Source: an uncultured Enterobacteriaceae bacterium (GTDB lineage Bacteria; Pseudomonadota; Gammaproteobacteria; Burkholderiales; SG8-39). From it: a stretch of DNA of 64,000 nt. How positions within the stretch are numbered: position 1 is the stretch's first letter; each line of letters begins with the position of its first letter. The DNA lies in NCBI GenBank assembly GCA_964400745.1, contig CAYNVY010000001.1, positions 13,560 to 77,559 of the forward strand, written 5' to 3'. Below, piece by piece: positions 63,199 to 64,000 of this stretch. The notes under the pieces are model-generated. The model searched no databases, was not told the DNA's origin, and saw nothing but the letters and a program-made list of their open reading frames with translations. The position numbers and the translations under genes were made by a program.

Positions 63199-64000
63199 TC
63201 ATTCGAGGCTTTGCTCCTGCCGGATCAGCCACCTGTCGCCGGACTTCGACAGCGTGAGTGTCTTGCGGCCGGTTTCATTGAGTTTGTCGGAACGGTAGTC
63301 TTGCAGAAAACAGGCCTGCGCTTCGTTGCCGCTCAATCGGATTTCGAGCGCGCTGATCGTGACCGCAATCCGCGATTTCCCGGCGATGCGCGCGCGCCGC
63401 TCCTGTTCCCACCGCCGGCGCGATCGCCCTTCAGGCACCGCAAAATCCTTCGCATAGGCGGACAAATACGCATTGATGTCCCTCCGCGACCACGCCGCCA
63501 ACCAGTGTTCTATCGCTGCCGATACGCTCTGTTTCTCGGCAGTCGCGGCGGATTCCGCCGTTGCAGCACCACCTCTGCCACGCTCTGCTTGAGCGAGTCG
63601 CTCCCCCTTTGCAAGCTCCGCCTGAGCAGCTTCGGCTTTTCCAAGCTGCGCTCTCGCAATCTGCTCCGCCTTGGCAGATTCCGCCCTGGCGAAGGCTGCC
63701 CTGGCGCGCTCGGCTCGATCAAGCTGTTCGGCGCGGGCGAGTTCCGCAAGCGCGGCTTCCGCCTTGGCGCGATCGGCCTGCGCCAGATGTTCCATCGCTG
63801 CAAGCTCGGCGCGTGCAATCAGCGCCGATACCGGCGCGGCGATGCAATCGGGCAGCACCGGATCTTCGGAGCGGATCACCTGCAGCATGCGCTTCGCATG
63901 TTCATGCCCCTGCGCGGCCGCCCGCTGGTAAAGCGCCACGGCATGGCGATCGTCGCGCTCGATGCCGCGCGCATTGGCGTACATCCAAGCCAGTCGGTAT
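63199..64000 (-). CDS. Sel1-repeat / Ala-Glu-rich coiled-coil protein with C-terminal NTF2/SnoaL-like domain (N-terminus beyond window)
   Basis: The frame stays open to nt 64000 (...YRLAWMYANARGIERDDRHAVALYQRAAAQGHEHAKRML is a Sel1 repeat). Then come about 70 aa of A(K/R)AE-type repeats, then ...AIEHWLAAWSRRDINAYLSAYAKDF...CFLQDYRSDKL...GDRWLIRQEQ. Confidence 0.7.
   Translation of the reverse strand, partial: YRLAWMYANARGIERDDRHAVALYQRAAAQGHEHAKRMLQVIRSEDPVLPDCIAAPVSALIARAELAAMEHLAQADRAKAEAALAELARAEQLDRAERARAAFARAESAKAEQIARAQLGKAEAAQAELAKGERLAQAERGRGGAATAESAATAEKQSVSAAIEHWLAAWSRRDINAYLSAYAKDFAVPEGRSRRRWEQERRARIAGKSRIAVTISALEIRLSGNEAQACFLQDYRSDKLNETGRKTLTLSKSGDRWLIRQEQSLE

Noticed and set aside
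1-64000. Search for CRISPR arrays, IS elements/transposases, integrases, tRNA/rRNA genes, toxin-antitoxin or defence-system genes.
   Set aside because: No spaced direct-repeat arrays, no DDE/tyrosine-recombinase-like translations, and no tRNA-like cloverleaf candidates noticed by eye. The compositional mosaic therefore has no visible mobility signature within this window.

Overview
This high-GC proteobacterial segment is essentially one large exopolysaccharide (EPS) / exosortase island. I saw no rRNA, tRNA, CRISPR array, transposase or integrase.

- **1-17 kb:** canonical XrtA (exosortase A) / PEP-CTERM core. It holds a 5'-truncated priming sugar transferase, an XrtA-locus deacetylase, the PrsT TPR lipoprotein, XrtA with a fused EpsI-like domain, and one PEP-CTERM cargo gene. 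These are followed by PrsR (sigma-54 activator), PrsK (sensor kinase), a Wza-like exporter, a chain-length determinant, a BY-kinase, a beta-barrel outer-membrane protein and an ExeA-like ATPase.
- **17-53 kb:** glycan-specific genes, partly in visibly lower-GC DNA.
  - Sugar-nucleotide and assembly genes: TviB/TviC-like UDP-GlcNAc dehydrogenase and 4-epimerase, WecB, a Wzx-like flippase, a Wzy-like polymerase, four GT4 and one GT2 glycosyltransferases, and a methyltransferase.
  - An unusually large set of O-acetylation and de-acetylation genes.
  - A HAD-UbiA (DPPR-synthase-like) fusion next to a possible GT-C membrane protein.
  - A 1365-aa lipoprotein (6 divergent InlB-B-like repeats + IPT/TIG + beta-helix) followed by a 618-aa tandem paralogue of its C-terminal half.
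- **53-64 kb:** a five-gene minus-strand operon (AsnB-like amidotransferase, AMP-ligase, ACP, NadE-like PP-loop enzyme, PrmC/HemK-like methyltransferase). Then come three more PEP-CTERM cargo genes and a Sel1/coiled-coil protein truncated by the window edge.

**Most interesting observations**
- All four PEP-CTERM genes are preceded by good sigma-54 (-24/-12) promoters. Each also has a TGT-N11/12-ACA-type dyad 79 or 90-91 bp upstream, which fits a PrsK/PrsR regulon.
- Two tandem PEP-CTERM proteins each have a single Cys in an [F/W]-C-[L/V]-[E/D] motif plus an F-Q-L-A-[I/V]-W motif. This resembles the internal Cys-Gln thioester (TED/TQxA) adhesin signature of Gram-positive surface proteins.
- The HAD-UbiA + GT-C-like pair suggests a lipid-linked pentofuranose decoration route.
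- The ligase/ACP/NadE-like/PrmC-like cassette appears to be a variant of the exosortase-A-associated acyl-carrier cassette.

**Limits:** all family assignments come from reading motifs and architecture in the supplied translations. No database search was run, and several start codons are uncertain.
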